A stretch of 64,000 nucleotides of DNA from a virus (Duplodnaviria; Caudoviricetes), in IMG/VR virus record IMGVR_UViG_3300010354_000081, positions 1,465-65,464 of that record. The stretch is one strand, 5' to 3'. This document shows positions 48,944 through 59,060 of the stretch, one piece after another. The notes beneath the pieces were generated by a model. The model did not search any database. It was given only the letters and a program-made list of their open reading frames with translations, and had not been told where the DNA came from. The translations under genes and the position numbers were made by a program. The stretch's first letter is position 1. The number at the start of each line of letters is the position of its first letter.

Positions 48944-50851
48944 TTATAAACCACCGTGGGCGTTGGAACAACTTGATTGGTCAATTATTGCGGCAGCCAA
49001 ATCGCCAAAATCGGTTGCGTTGCCTGTTGTGGCGATTGTGATGTAATCAATGATATTCACTTGTACAGAACCATTGTCTCCACCCCCAAACACACCTCTT
49101 GTTCCGCTTGATGTGCCAGTAATTCCATATCTGGCTGATGTCAAATCGCCGAAGTCTGTAGCGTTTCCAGTAGAAGCAATAGTTACGTAATCCACTACAT
49201 TTTGAGCCGCGAAACTTGGAGAAGTGGATAATCCACCGGCAAACACCCCTCGTGTTGAAGATGAGCAAGCAGCTAAATAATAACGAGCTACTGTTAAATC
49301 ACCAAAATCAATTGCGTTGCCAGTAGAAGCAATTGTGATGTAATCAATAATGTTGCTGTTTGGAGTGTTGCCGCCACCAAATAACCCTCGGGTTGTTGAC
49401 GAACATCCAGCCAAATAATACTGCGCTCTCGTCAAATCGCCAAAATCTAGGGCATTACCGACAGAGGCAATTGTTACGTAGTCTATGACATTTGATGCGC
49501 TTGCCCCAAACCCGCCACCAAAAATTCCTCTAGTTGATGATGCACAAGCTCCAAGTGCATAACGAGCTACAGTTAAGTCGCCAAAATCAGAAGTTTTCCC
49601 AAACGAAGAAAATTCAATGTAATCTATTACGTTTACGGCTGCCACGTTGTTGCTACCCAAAGCAAATAAACTCCGAGTAGAAGAAGCGCAAGCAGCTCCA
49701 GCATTTGCCGCAAATGACAACTCTCCAAACATCATTGCATTACCCGTTGTGGCAATGTTTACGTATTGGATTGAAGCTTGAATGAGACTGACTGTTAATC
49801 CACCCCCAAACAGCGCCATCGCAGCACTTGTCGGCGTGGGTTGGACTGCGGCAGCGGCGGAGGAGCAGCCAGCCAAATCTCTTCTTGCTTCCGTTAAATC
49901 TCCAAAATCAATAGCATTGCCTGTGCTGGCTATGGTGACGTAATCAATAATGTTTGTATTAGAGATTGAACTAGTGAACCCCCCGCCAAACAACCCTCTC
50001 GTCGCAGAAGCACAAGCACCTAAAGCATAACGACCGAGCGTCAAATCACCAAAATCCAAAGAATTGCCTAAAGTGGCGATTGTTATATATTGAATTACGT
50101 TTGAGTACGTGCTCCCCGTTGTTCCACCACCAAACAGTCCGCGTGTGTCTGAAGAACAGGCCGCCATTCTTGCTTCCGCAACAAGAACGTCGCCAAAATC
50201 CACCGCATCGCCCGCCGAAGCAATGGTGATGTAATCAATGACATTAGAATAAGATGCTGCCAAACCAGCGCCGAATATCCCCCTTGTGGAAGACCCACAT
50301 CCGGCTAAATATTCTCTTGCAACCGTCAAGTCGCCAAAATCTGTAGCATTGCCAGTTGAAGCTATCGTAATGTAATCAATTACGTTGCTGTTAGTTGGGG
50401 TTGACCCCCCACCAAAAACTCCACGAACATAATTTGAGCAGCCAGCAGCACGCTGCCTTGCAACAGTCAAATCACCAAAATCTACCGCATTCCCCGGAGT
50501 AGAAAAAGTTACATAATCAATGACATTAGTAACCGACTCCCCACCCGCAAAAACACCCCTGACAGAAGAAGAACAAGAAGCCAAAGCCCTTCTTTCAACA
50601 CTTGTGTCACCAAAATCGGTAGCGTTTCCTAAAGTTGAAATAATCACTTTGTCTATGACGTTGCTGCCAGCGCCACCAGCAAATAAACCAATCGGCGCAG
50701 CATTCCCCGCAATAGGCCACAGCCCTTGCTTCAACCAGAAAGCCACCTGATCCAGCGTCCATACACCTTTGGCTGCACCGTCTTGAAATGGGCCAGCAGG
50801 AGCTACAGGCACTGGCCTAATGATCCCAGCGTTCCAGTCTGCGATTCCCAT
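48944..50851 (-). CDS. Kelch-like repeat protein, 12 repeats (two predicted 6-blade propellers)
   Basis: Repeat G.FGGG...NVIDYITIASTGNA.DFGDL..AR..LA.CSSSTR. Confidence 0.8.
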   Translation of the reverse strand: MGIADWNAGIIRPVPVAPAGPFQDGAAKGVWTLDQVAFWLKQGLWPIAGNAAPIGLFAGGAGSNVIDKVIISTLGNATDFGDTSVERRALASCSSSVRGVFAGGESVTNVIDYVTFSTPGNAVDFGDLTVARQRAAGCSNYVRGVFGGGSTPTNSNVIDYITIASTGNATDFGDLTVAREYLAGCGSSTRGIFGAGLAASYSNVIDYITIASAGDAVDFGDVLVAEARMAACSSDTRGLFGGGTTGSTYSNVIQYITIATLGNSLDFGDLTLGRYALGACASATRGLFGGGFTSSISNTNIIDYVTIASTGNAIDFGDLTEARRDLAGCSSAAAAVQPTPTSAAMALFGGGLTVSLIQASIQYVNIATTGNAMMFGELSFAANAGAACASSTRSLFALGSNNVAAVNVIDYIEFSSFGKTSDFGDLTVARYALGACASSTRGIFGGGFGASASNVIDYVTIASVGNALDFGDLTRAQYYLAGCSSTTRGLFGGGNTPNSNIIDYITIASTGNAIDFGDLTVARYYLAACSSSTRGVFAGGLSTSPSFAAQNVVDYVTIASTGNATDFGDLTSARYGITGTSSGTRGVFGGGDNGSVQVNIIDYITIATTGNATDFGDLAAAIIDQSSCSNAHGGL

Positions 50852-51811
50852 TTATAGACCTCCGTGTGCGTTGGAGCAAGCTGCAAGACCATATCTCGCA
50901 ACAGTTAAATCGCCAAAATCGATAGCATTGCCAGTTGTATCTATAGTCACATATTGAATAACATTAGTTATACTACTTTGACCTCCCGCCCATACCCCTC
51001 TTGTTGCACTAGAACAAGCAGAGAGTTGGTCTACTGCGTTTATTAAGTCGCCAAAATCTATTGTGTTTCCTACGGATGCAATGGTGATGTATTCAATCAC
51101 ATTGGTAAATGCACTTCCCAAATCTGTAGTGCCGCCACCAAACAATCCTCTTGTAGAAGAAGAACATCCAGCTAATTTTTGTTTGCCCGTCAATAAGTCA
51201 CCAAAATCAATTGCGTTTCCGGTAGAGGCGATAGTTACATAATCAATTACATTTTGAACCGCCCCAAGATTTTGACCTCCAGCAAAAACACCTCTTGTAG
51301 TAGATGAACACGCAGCAAGACCTCTTCTTCTAACAGTTAAATCGCCGAAATCAATTACGTTGCCAGTAGTCGCTATTGTTATATATTCAATTGTGTTGTA
51401 ATTAACATTTCCATTTTCATCATATCCGCCGCCAAATAAACCACGAGTTTGTGATGAACATGCTGTTAAAAAATAATTTGTGACGCTTAAATCTCCAAAA
51501 TCTATGGCATTACCGACCGAAGCTATAGTAATGTAATCAATGACGTTGCGACCAGAAGGTGATATATACCCACCACCAAAAATACCCCGAGTAGAGGACG
51601 AACAAGAACTTAAACTATCTCTTGCTAATGTTAGATCGCCAAAATCTGAAGCATTGCCAGTAGAAGATAATAATATTCTGTCGATGACGTTTGATGCTGC
51701 TGTTGAATAGCCACCACCAAATACGCCATAAGGGAAAAAACTTGTCCAATTCCCCTGCGCCACCGCTTGATATACCGCTGGAAGACTCCAGACTCCGCTA
51801 TATGACGGCAT
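50852..51811 (-). CDS. Kelch-like repeat protein, 6 repeats
   Basis: Same repeat; N-terminal SGVWSL...GNW peptide; ends SNAHGGL. Confidence 0.8.
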   Translation of the reverse strand: MPSYSGVWSLPAVYQAVAQGNWTSFFPYGVFGGGYSTAASNVIDRILLSSTGNASDFGDLTLARDSLSSCSSSTRGIFGGGYISPSGRNVIDYITIASVGNAIDFGDLSVTNYFLTACSSQTRGLFGGGYDENGNVNYNTIEYITIATTGNVIDFGDLTVRRRGLAACSSTTRGVFAGGQNLGAVQNVIDYVTIASTGNAIDFGDLLTGKQKLAGCSSSTRGLFGGGTTDLGSAFTNVIEYITIASVGNTIDFGDLINAVDQLSACSSATRGVWAGGQSSITNVIQYVTIDTTGNAIDFGDLTVARYGLAACSNAHGGL

Positions 51812-51846
51812 TAGAGGCCTCCGTGATCATTTGACTTCTTTCTCAT
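51811..51846 (-). pseudogene. 11-codon minigene/remnant MRKKSNDHGGL
   Basis: Ends in the paralogues' SNxHGGL terminus; its TAA overlaps the next ATG. Confidence 0.55.
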
Positions 51847-51868
51847 GTAAAAAGCCGCCTAATTAGAC

Positions 51869-53074
51869 TCAAGGTTGTTGTGCTGGATTTCCATCACACG
51901 TAGCACAAAATCCAGCGTGTGTTCTAGACAAATCCCCAAAATCAATTGCATTTCCTGCGGAATCAATGGTTATGTAATTTATGTTATTGAACCCAACAGT
52001 CGTTTGGCCTCCAGCAATTAAGCCTCTAGTCGCGGTACAAGCCGCCGCCATGCCTTGAGCTGCATAGAGCATATCCCCAAAGTCTGTAGCATTACCAGTA
52101 GACGCCATGGTCACGTAATCAATTACATTGACTCGTGTTCCACCTGTGGTTCTTCCGCCAGCCCAAATACCCCGTGTTGCATTAGAGCAGGACGAAATGC
52201 GCTCTCGTTCTACTGTTAAATCACCAAAATCGATTGCGTTGCCTGTCGTAGCTATGGTTATGTAATCTAAAATGTTGTAATAGGCACCAGAAGCAAAATC
52301 ATTACCACCACCAAAAACACCGCGCGTTGATGTAGCACAACCCTGTGCCCACCCTCTTGCGACACTTAAATTGCCAAAACTTATAGCATTGCCCGTTGTC
52401 GCAATGGTTACATAATTCATTGTTGCAACAGAAGCGGTGCTTCCATTGTCGCCCCCCGCAAAAACCGCTCTAGTGTTGTTTGAACATCCAGCCATCGCTG
52501 CGATCAAGGCAGTTAAATCGCCAAAGTCCGCAGTTACACCACCAGCCGCATAAGTAAAATACTGAATCACGTTGGATGTTGTGTTATTTGCCGCCAGTAC
52601 GGCTCGTGTATTTGATCCACCCGCTGCGGTAGACGCCGTTGGCAATCCAGTTCCAAAGTCAGCAAAATCTATCGCATTAGACAAGCTCGTTACCGCAACA
52701 CGATCTATGACGTTGCCACCCGTAGAACCGCCAAACCAAAACGCATAGGGTGGCGCAGGCGTCACACTTCCACTCGCCGCGCTGAACGGACTTGGGCCAA
52801 ACGTATTCAACGCCCACACTTGGAACGTATACGCCGTGCCATTCGTGAGGCCAGTAACAGTAACCGGCGAAGAAGCGCCACTCGCAGTAATCCGATCAGG
52901 ATTGGAAACAGCGTAATACGCAGAAATAGCACTGCCGCCCACATTTGAAGGAGCGGTAAACGCAACAGACGCTTGTGCATCCCCACCCGTCGCCGTACCA
53001 ATCGTCGGCGCGTTAGGAACTTGCAGCGGATCGTAGCCCGGATATATGTATCCAGCAGGAGGACGTAGTGGCAT
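51869..53074 (-). CDS. Fibronectin III + Kelch-like repeat protein (6 repeats)
   Basis: P.APTIG...VTGLTNGTAYTFQVWALN..G.S (Fn3) followed by the repeats. Confidence 0.8.
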   Translation of the reverse strand: MPLRPPAGYIYPGYDPLQVPNAPTIGTATGGDAQASVAFTAPSNVGGSAISAYYAVSNPDRITASGASSPVTVTGLTNGTAYTFQVWALNTFGPSPFSAASGSVTPAPPYAFWFGGSTGGNVIDRVAVTSLSNAIDFADFGTGLPTASTAAGGSNTRAVLAANNTTSNVIQYFTYAAGGVTADFGDLTALIAAMAGCSNNTRAVFAGGDNGSTASVATMNYVTIATTGNAISFGNLSVARGWAQGCATSTRGVFGGGNDFASGAYYNILDYITIATTGNAIDFGDLTVERERISSCSNATRGIWAGGRTTGGTRVNVIDYVTMASTGNATDFGDMLYAAQGMAAACTATRGLIAGGQTTVGFNNINYITIDSAGNAIDFGDLSRTHAGFCATCDGNPAQQP

Positions 53075-53083
53075 GACGCCCCC

Positions 53084-53461
53084 TTATGAGTTTATTTCTT
53101 CCCAACTTGCATTCACGACCAAATCACTGGCAGTACCCGCTGTCGCACCAATCGACTGATTCTCTAGCAAGTAGAAAGATGTCGTCTTATCAGTCACGAT
53201 TAGCGTCGCATCAGCAGGTACAGATACGGTCGATACAATCGGGAACGCCGTGCCGCCTAAAGCAGCCGCGCTGTATACGCTGATCGTAATATCCGCAGCA
53301 TTCGTGCCGTCTACGTTAGCAACCGTGATCGAGTTGATCTTGTAGACCTTACCGCTTGATGCTGCGTTACTAGCAATCGACGTTGCGCTTGTCGTAGTCA
53401 AAGACGTTTGCGACGAATTACCAAGAATAGTCGTAACGTTTACGATGTTTGGGTTTGCCAT
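53084..53461 (-). CDS. Tail-fibre-associated small beta protein
   Basis: MANPNIVNV...VANVDGTNAADI...EEI. Confidence 0.65.
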   Translation of the reverse strand: MANPNIVNVTTILGNSSQTSLTTTSATSIASNAASSGKVYKINSITVANVDGTNAADITISVYSAAALGGTAFPIVSTVSVPADATLIVTDKTTSFYLLENQSIGATAGTASDLVVNASWEEINS

Positions 53462-53470
53462 GATGGTTCC

Positions 53471-54274
53471 TTATAGTCCGAAGATCATTGCGAATGCGAT
53501 GGACTGGCCTTTAGATACGCCAGCAGACGCGGGAGTAGTCCAAGAAAGACCGCCTGAACCGTCTGTTGTTAAAACTTGATTAGCGTCACCATCTGTAGTG
53601 GGCATTGTTAATGTATAGCTTGACGACAAAACAGCAGGGGCTTGAATAGCTACATATTCTCCGCCAGACGAATCTTGAAGTCTAAGATCACCTTGCGTTG
53701 TAATATCTACTTGTGTAGCAACTACCGTACTTGGGGTCGTAGCCCCTACTGTTCCGTTGATTGGGCCTGAGAATCCTGCTGCGGTTAACGTAGTTCCATT
53801 AAACGTCAGGTTTGCAGAGCCAGCTAAATTACCACTACTATTGTATTGAACTTGCGTATCAGAACCACCCGCTGAAGCACCCACCCGAACAAAATCTGAC
53901 CCGTTCCAAGCGCAAAGTGCTTTATCTCCTGCACCAACAGTTACACCCGTGGTTGCCGATCCTTTTAAAACTACCGCAGCATCAGACTGATTAATGACGA
54001 TATAAGCTTTAGACTGGCTTGGGGCAATGATATTTCTACTTACACCCGGTGTTCCTGTTGGGATAAGGATTGCGCATCGGGCTTCATTTGCCGCACCAGA
54101 ACCAGTGGTAGATAACGTCCAATTACCCGAAGTAACGGAAGCCGTGGCGGTTGCAGCGATAGCATCTTCAACTAGCTCAGTAATGCTGTCGTTAACAGTC
54201 GTGCCCCAAGTGCCTTGTAATTCCCCGGTAACTGGGAGGGCAAACCCCAGTAACGATGTATACGATGTAGGCAT
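53471..54274 (-). CDS. Tail fibre protein (proximal)
   Basis: GE..GTWG.T.N anchor; GGSDTQVQYN; YTLT.P..DG...QVL.TDGSG.LSW. Confidence 0.7.
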   Translation of the reverse strand: MPTSYTSLLGFALPVTGELQGTWGTTVNDSITELVEDAIAATATASVTSGNWTLSTTGSGAANEARCAILIPTGTPGVSRNIIAPSQSKAYIVINQSDAAVVLKGSATTGVTVGAGDKALCAWNGSDFVRVGASAGGSDTQVQYNSSGNLAGSANLTFNGTTLTAAGFSGPINGTVGATTPSTVVATQVDITTQGDLRLQDSSGGEYVAIQAPAVLSSSYTLTMPTTDGDANQVLTTDGSGGLSWTTPASAGVSKGQSIAFAMIFGL

Positions 54275-54285
54275 GTCTATCCTCT

Positions 54286-55371
54286 TTACGCTACTAATTC
54301 TTCCTGTTCGGTATTAACTGCATTCCAACCAGCGTTTTGACTGTTACCGATCACGCCCCACGCCACATTTTGGTAGTCGTTAATCGTACTCCAGCCCCTA
54401 AACACTATAGTACCAACTGCACCGGTGCCTTGAACACCCGTAACTAAAACGCTGTCATCAACTTCAAATCCAACTGCCCCGATAGCCCCTGTTGCAGATA
54501 CACTAGCTATTACTGGTATGACTACAGTTTCAGCATCTCCAACAGCTCCGGTAGCTTCAACCCCAGTAACAGATACATTAGCATCATACTGTGGGGTTAC
54601 GGCACCAACTTCACCAGTTCCTTGTACCCCAACTGCAACAATATCGATTGCTATTGCTACATCACCAACTGCTCCAGTTCCATCGACTCCAGTTACTTCG
54701 TGAGTAACAACTAAAATTAATCCAGAACCATCAACAAAACCTGCGGCACTTACACCATTTACCGGGACAACATCATCAACACGTATGGTTACATCATTTA
54801 CTGCACCTGTTCCAGAAACTCCCGCTGGTGTAACAGCTACCTCTAGAACAATAAACCCATCTACTGCTCCAGTACCTACTACCCCTGTTGGTACAACTAT
54901 TTTTGCGACATAAACAAATACGTCGCCTACTGCACCGGTTCCGACCAGATTGTCAGTGTCAGGAACAACAACGTCATCAACTTGTACAATGAACCCGCCA
55001 ATTTCACCAACGCCTTGAACGCCGGTTACTACTATTGTGTCACTGACGGATACAACTACATCACCTACCGCACCGCTACCAACTATACCGGTTGGATTTT
55101 GGATTACCGTAGGAACGATAAATCCATCTACATCCCCTGTGGCGCTAACACCAACCACCTGAGTTGTATCGCTAATGGATACAACTACATTCTCTACTGC
55201 TCCGGTACCTACTACTCCGGTAGGTGTTTCAGTTATTGCTATTAATACAGAACCTACCGCACCTGTGCCAGATACGCCATCCGTAATTGCATACGCCGGA
55301 GATACCCCACTCCATGTGTTGTACCCCCAAGCGCCACCACCCCAACCCTGATCCCAAGTTGTGGCTGCCAC
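54286..55371 (-). CDS. Val/Gly-rich repeat structural protein
   Basis: About 20-aa periodic GV.GTGAVG.V repeats; GWG..AWG N-terminus. Confidence 0.7.
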   Translation of the reverse strand: MAATTWDQGWGGGAWGYNTWSGVSPAYAITDGVSGTGAVGSVLIAITETPTGVVGTGAVENVVVSISDTTQVVGVSATGDVDGFIVPTVIQNPTGIVGSGAVGDVVVSVSDTIVVTGVQGVGEIGGFIVQVDDVVVPDTDNLVGTGAVGDVFVYVAKIVVPTGVVGTGAVDGFIVLEVAVTPAGVSGTGAVNDVTIRVDDVVPVNGVSAAGFVDGSGLILVVTHEVTGVDGTGAVGDVAIAIDIVAVGVQGTGEVGAVTPQYDANVSVTGVEATGAVGDAETVVIPVIASVSATGAIGAVGFEVDDSVLVTGVQGTGAVGTIVFRGWSTINDYQNVAWGVIGNSQNAGWNAVNTEQEELVA

Positions 55372-55383
55372 ATTGCTTCCTTA

Positions 55384-55845
55384 TTAGGCGATTCTAATAA
55401 TAGCGGTTGAGGCTGTTGCCGCCGGAAACTGAATCTGGAAGTCGCCCGACGATACTTGCTGGTCACCGCCAAAACTCAAAACCGCGCAGGCTGGATTACC
55501 AGAAGCTGTGTCGTTATAAATAATCCCGCCAGAAGTCGTAAACGTAGCCGATGTCCAAGTGGTGTTATCAAAGTCACATACTGCGGTCGTACCATCTGCA
55601 ACTGGTGTTACTGACGTCAGAGTATTGCCCCCAGTCGTATAGCCTGAGCCGTTAGGCAACTCATCACTGTTACTAGTCAAGTTGTCGTAACTAGTTGTTG
55701 CAGCGCCATAGGTGCCCGTTAGCACGCCAGAAGCTTTGCCAAGAGCTAACTTAAACGTGTTCCCACCGGGGTTAGAAAAATTGTGTACTGCTTTTAGGAT
55801 TTCGACTTTGAAAGAAGTCGGCATCGCTGTAGTAAATCCGGCCAT
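55384..55845 (-). CDS. Virion structural protein (paralogue of 56134-56550)
   Basis: TSFK.E...GY..GGNTLT...IYN...AVL.FG.D...FPA...AIIR. Confidence 0.75.
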   Translation of the reverse strand: MAGFTTAMPTSFKVEILKAVHNFSNPGGNTFKLALGKASGVLTGTYGAATTSYDNLTSNSDELPNGSGYTTGGNTLTSVTPVADGTTAVCDFDNTTWTSATFTTSGGIIYNDTASGNPACAVLSFGGDQQVSSGDFQIQFPAATASTAIIRIA

Positions 55846-55846
55846 G

Positions 55847-56134
55847 TTAGCCCTCCAAAAGTTTAGTTAATTCAGGGTGTCCCACATCACGGAGACGGTT
55901 AGCAATCGTAGTGTGGTTTGATCTAACGCATTGGTTACCGTAGTTAAGTAACACACCACGAATACTTTTCCTAAATGCTTCAGCTTGTTGCCGTAAAACT
56001 GGGTCTGCCGAAGCGCTTATGAAAATGATTCTATCCAACGTATTGTCCACCAACTCCTCTGGTGTGAACCCACGACCAGATACCGTAGTTGCTCTAATAT
56101 CTCCCAATAATGCGCCGCCATTTGCTGATAGCAT
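55847..56134 (-). CDS. Conserved hypothetical protein
   Basis: RGFTPEE...QAEAF; coupled on both sides. Confidence 0.75.
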   Translation of the reverse strand: MLSANGGALLGDIRATTVSGRGFTPEELVDNTLDRIIFISASADPVLRQQAEAFRKSIRGVLLNYGNQCVRSNHTTIANRLRDVGHPELTKLLEG

Positions 56135-56550
56135 TACGTCATCCTTATGATTGCACTGTTTGCTGCGTTCGCCGGGAACTCCACCGTAAAAGTCTGCCCC
56201 GCCACTATTTTGTCGTTACCAAAATCCAGCACCGCCACAGATCGATTTGCCTTACTTGCGTTATAAATTAAAGCCCCTCGACAAGTAAACGACGCATTTG
56301 CCCAACTCGTATTACTAAAACTTACATACACCGTGGTGCCAGAAGTCTGTACCGTTGCACCTGTTAGCGTATTCCCACCAGCCACGTACCCAGTTCCTGT
56401 TATCTCATTGGTAGTTATGTACGCAGTCGTGTCCGCGTTCAAGTCCGCATAAGCCGTATAAAGCGCGATCTTTATCGTGTCTGTAAGAAGGTCGTGAATC
56501 CCCTCGTACAGTTCAGCTTTAAACGACGTAGTTTGAGTTTGAACAATCAT
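56134..56550 (-). CDS. Virion structural protein (paralogue of 55384-55845)
   Basis: Same motif string as 55384-55845. Confidence 0.75.
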   Translation of the reverse strand: MIVQTQTTSFKAELYEGIHDLLTDTIKIALYTAYADLNADTTAYITTNEITGTGYVAGGNTLTGATVQTSGTTVYVSFSNTSWANASFTCRGALIYNASKANRSVAVLDFGNDKIVAGQTFTVEFPANAANSAIIRMT

Positions 56551-57230
56551 TTAACTGGGTACCTAACTTGACCATTACGATAAGCATCCTGACGGTTCTT
56601 ACCATCGCCGAGCTGTTTAGCCAGTGCTAATGCTTCGTCGTACCGTTGCTGATACTTCGCCATCAAATCTTGCTCGCCCTTCATAAACACATACGCTTCA
56701 AGCAACGAACCATACAGAAGAACTGAATCAAAGTTATCCCCAAGCCACGACGTGCCAGATGGGTTATTGACCGTATCAGACATCGAAACTGGGTAGTAAA
56801 AGTAATGCAGTTCTACTGTGTAGTTAGAGTTAGGCGTCGGACCCAAAATAAACGACAACTCATTGGTTGGCGTCACCGGAGGAACGCTCGTCGTCGTAGG
56901 GCCAAAAATAGCGTAGTACTGAGGGATGCCTGTCGCAGTTGTGCTGTTGGGGTACGACTCACGGATAAAGTTCACATCCTTATCCAAAAGGTAGTAGTAA
57001 TCCCCACTATCAATCACCGCCAAAGAAAACACCGACAAAAAGTCACTTGGAGCCGACAGATATTTATTACCTGAAGTTAGCGACCCCGTGACGTTTTTGC
57101 GTAGCGCTGGGAACTGTATCGAGTTGTAGATACGCTGTTCGGCATTCTGCACGAACGTGGCGAGTTCAGTCGCCGTGAACGTATTCTCGGTATAGTCCTC
57201 AATGGTTGCGGTTAACTGCGCGTAGTTCAT
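56547..57230 (-). CDS. Putative head-tail adaptor
   Basis: M.Y..L...I.DY.E, AE.RI, P.YY, PTP...Y, LLYGSLLEA. Confidence 0.7.
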   Translation of the reverse strand: MNYAQLTATIEDYTENTFTATELATFVQNAEQRIYNSIQFPALRKNVTGSLTSGNKYLSAPSDFLSVFSLAVIDSGDYYYLLDKDVNFIRESYPNSTTATGIPQYYAIFGPTTTSVPPVTPTNELSFILGPTPNSNYTVELHYFYYPVSMSDTVNNPSGTSWLGDNFDSVLLYGSLLEAYVFMKGEQDLMAKYQQRYDEALALAKQLGDGKNRQDAYRNGQVRYPVK

Positions 57231-57496
57231 CAGCCCATCTTCCCGCTAATCTTGCGTCCCTTAGTTGCTGCGCCATATCCACGCATCTCGCCAACACCGT
57301 ATGGATTGATCGGAGCGTAGTTGCCCTTGCTGATACCACCAGTAGACATGTTCATCTCAGTCATGCACTGGGCACCAGTTTTGTAGCCCAAATAAGTCTG
57401 AACCTCGGTGCTCTTTCCTTCCATAGTATGCGGCGCGGCATACGTAGTCGCAGGACCAACTTCTTTACCTTTGACCTTCATAGAATATTTAGCCAT
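57230..57496 (-). CDS. Small basic protein
   Basis: MSTGG and MRGYGAATKG motifs. Confidence 0.7.
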   Translation of the reverse strand: MAKYSMKVKGKEVGPATTYAAPHTMEGKSTEVQTYLGYKTGAQCMTEMNMSTGGISKGNYAPINPYGVGEMRGYGAATKGRKISGKMG

Positions 57497-57498
57497 GA

Positions 57499-57684
57499 TT
57501 AAAGCCCCGTAGCACGAACTTTGCGAACAGGCGACTTCTGGTTGGCAACCTTAGCCAGACCACGCCCGAGCCGTTTCATTTCCTCGTTAGTCTTACCACC
57601 AGCCCGCATCTTCTTAGCGTGCATGCGCTGCTCGTGTTTTTTGACCTCACCAACAGCCACCTTTTTCATCTGAGACGTCTTCAT
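57499..57684 (-). CDS. Small basic protein
   Basis: KHE.RMH, MRAGG. Confidence 0.7.
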   Translation of the reverse strand: MKTSQMKKVAVGEVKKHEQRMHAKKMRAGGKTNEEMKRLGRGLAKVANQKSPVRKVRATGL

Positions 57685-57692
57685 ATTAACTC

Positions 57693-58121
57693 CTAAGAAA
57701 TTGAGATTGTCGCATTACCCACCGCAGTTTGAGCCACAAGATCGTTTGGCGTTAGCCCTGCATCGTCACTTCTGGCTCCGCCCACCGGTGCCCAACCCCA
57801 CTGAAACACCCGACTACCGCCTTCAGGAAACCCAAACCCAAGCGGCGCTGTACTATTAGTCGTAAGCTCCTGTAGCCCACTTGTACCCGATACCCGATAA
57901 CTTACATCTGGACGCGGCTCTCTAACAGCTTGTGGATCATCCACCGGATACATCCCTAACTGCAACTGCGGGTGATCTGGGTCCCAACACGTTGGGCAAA
58001 CCTTAATCTTGTACGGGCGGGTCTTAACCGTCTGGATGCGTAGTTGCTTGAGCATATACCGCTGGGCGCAGCGGTCACACTCTGCAATCGCAAACTTACC
58101 AGAGGCAAACCGGTTTGGCAT
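57693..58121 (-). CDS. Zn-binding conserved protein
   Basis: CDRC...CPTCWDP.HPQL, DPQAVREPRPD. Confidence 0.75.
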   Translation of the reverse strand: MPNRFASGKFAIAECDRCAQRYMLKQLRIQTVKTRPYKIKVCPTCWDPDHPQLQLGMYPVDDPQAVREPRPDVSYRVSGTSGLQELTTNSTAPLGFGFPEGGSRVFQWGWAPVGGARSDDAGLTPNDLVAQTAVGNATISIS

Positions 58122-58124
58122 GAC

Positions 58125-59060
58125 TTACCCGTAATAAAACATGTTTCTTGGCACAATCCGTAGCGGCGCTGTATCCCTATCTTCAGCAGCCGCCAAGTCC
58201 CACTGCTCTTCGTAAGCGGCTTTTAGCATGGCTATGCGGTTCGGCTCAACCTCCGGCAGCTTCATGCTCAAGTAAAACGCAAGGCCCGCCACCATACACG
58301 GCAGCAGGCGGAATGGAATATCTTGGATCACGGTGCCGTTAAGTCCACCGTCTTGAATCCTACGCATCCTCCAATACACGAATGTGTACTGATCCCCCGG
58401 CGCATTAGGCGTAGGCCACAGGTTGACGCACGGCAAGTTCTGCACCGTCACGTAGTTTGCTGGGGAGGCGTTGTGGGAGGCTGCGGTTGTATTGTTCTGA
58501 CCCCGGGCACAGTTAACCAGCGAGTTACCGCTGATGTTAGGGTAGCTAATGACCTCGTTATCAAGCTTGATGAAGCCCGCTGCCGGAAGCCCAACTGTGG
58601 TGCTGAGTGGTATGGTTGTTACCACCGAGTCAATGTTCTGCGCCAAGGTAACCGTCGTCGTGTACTCAGCCCCTGTCTGACGGTTGAACCACAACTGGAT
58701 CGGACGCCCTTGTGCCAACTTGTTGGGTATCGAGGAGTAGGTAGGCTCAGCAATCCTGCTGATGTTGATGTCGATCTGGTCTAGCGTTGTGGGCTGCGTG
58801 CGGATTACGTGATCCAGCAAGTCGATTGTATCGGTCGGTATGGGGTAAATTGCCTGCCCAGTTACCAACGGGAACGACCCCTGCTCCACCGTCCAGAGGT
58901 TAAGCCCCCGGTTAGCCCACTCAATAGACATTAAGTTTAGCGACCGCCTTGCAGTACGCCAGTTGTACCCAGTACGTAACTCGGCACCGCACCGCTCAAA
59001 CGCCTCTTCGATGAGGTTATTGAGGTCTAAGTTAAACTCGGCTGTACCGGAAGTAGGCAT
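58125..59060 (-). CDS. Head-tail connector / tail tubular protein A-like
   Basis: IEEAFERCG, ARRSLN...EWANRGLNLWT, P.R.LPC.VAGLA. Confidence 0.7.
   Translation of the reverse strand: MPTSGTAEFNLDLNNLIEEAFERCGAELRTGYNWRTARRSLNLMSIEWANRGLNLWTVEQGSFPLVTGQAIYPIPTDTIDLLDHVIRTQPTTLDQIDINISRIAEPTYSSIPNKLAQGRPIQLWFNRQTGAEYTTTVTLAQNIDSVVTTIPLSTTVGLPAAGFIKLDNEVISYPNISGNSLVNCARGQNNTTAASHNASPANYVTVQNLPCVNLWPTPNAPGDQYTFVYWRMRRIQDGGLNGTVIQDIPFRLLPCMVAGLAFYLSMKLPEVEPNRIAMLKAAYEEQWDLAAAEDRDTAPLRIVPRNMFYYG

Noticed and set aside
48944-53074. Propeller repeats as DGR targets or a repeat-spacer array
   Set aside because: They are in-frame, degenerate protein repeats with no invariant nucleotide repeat and no RT
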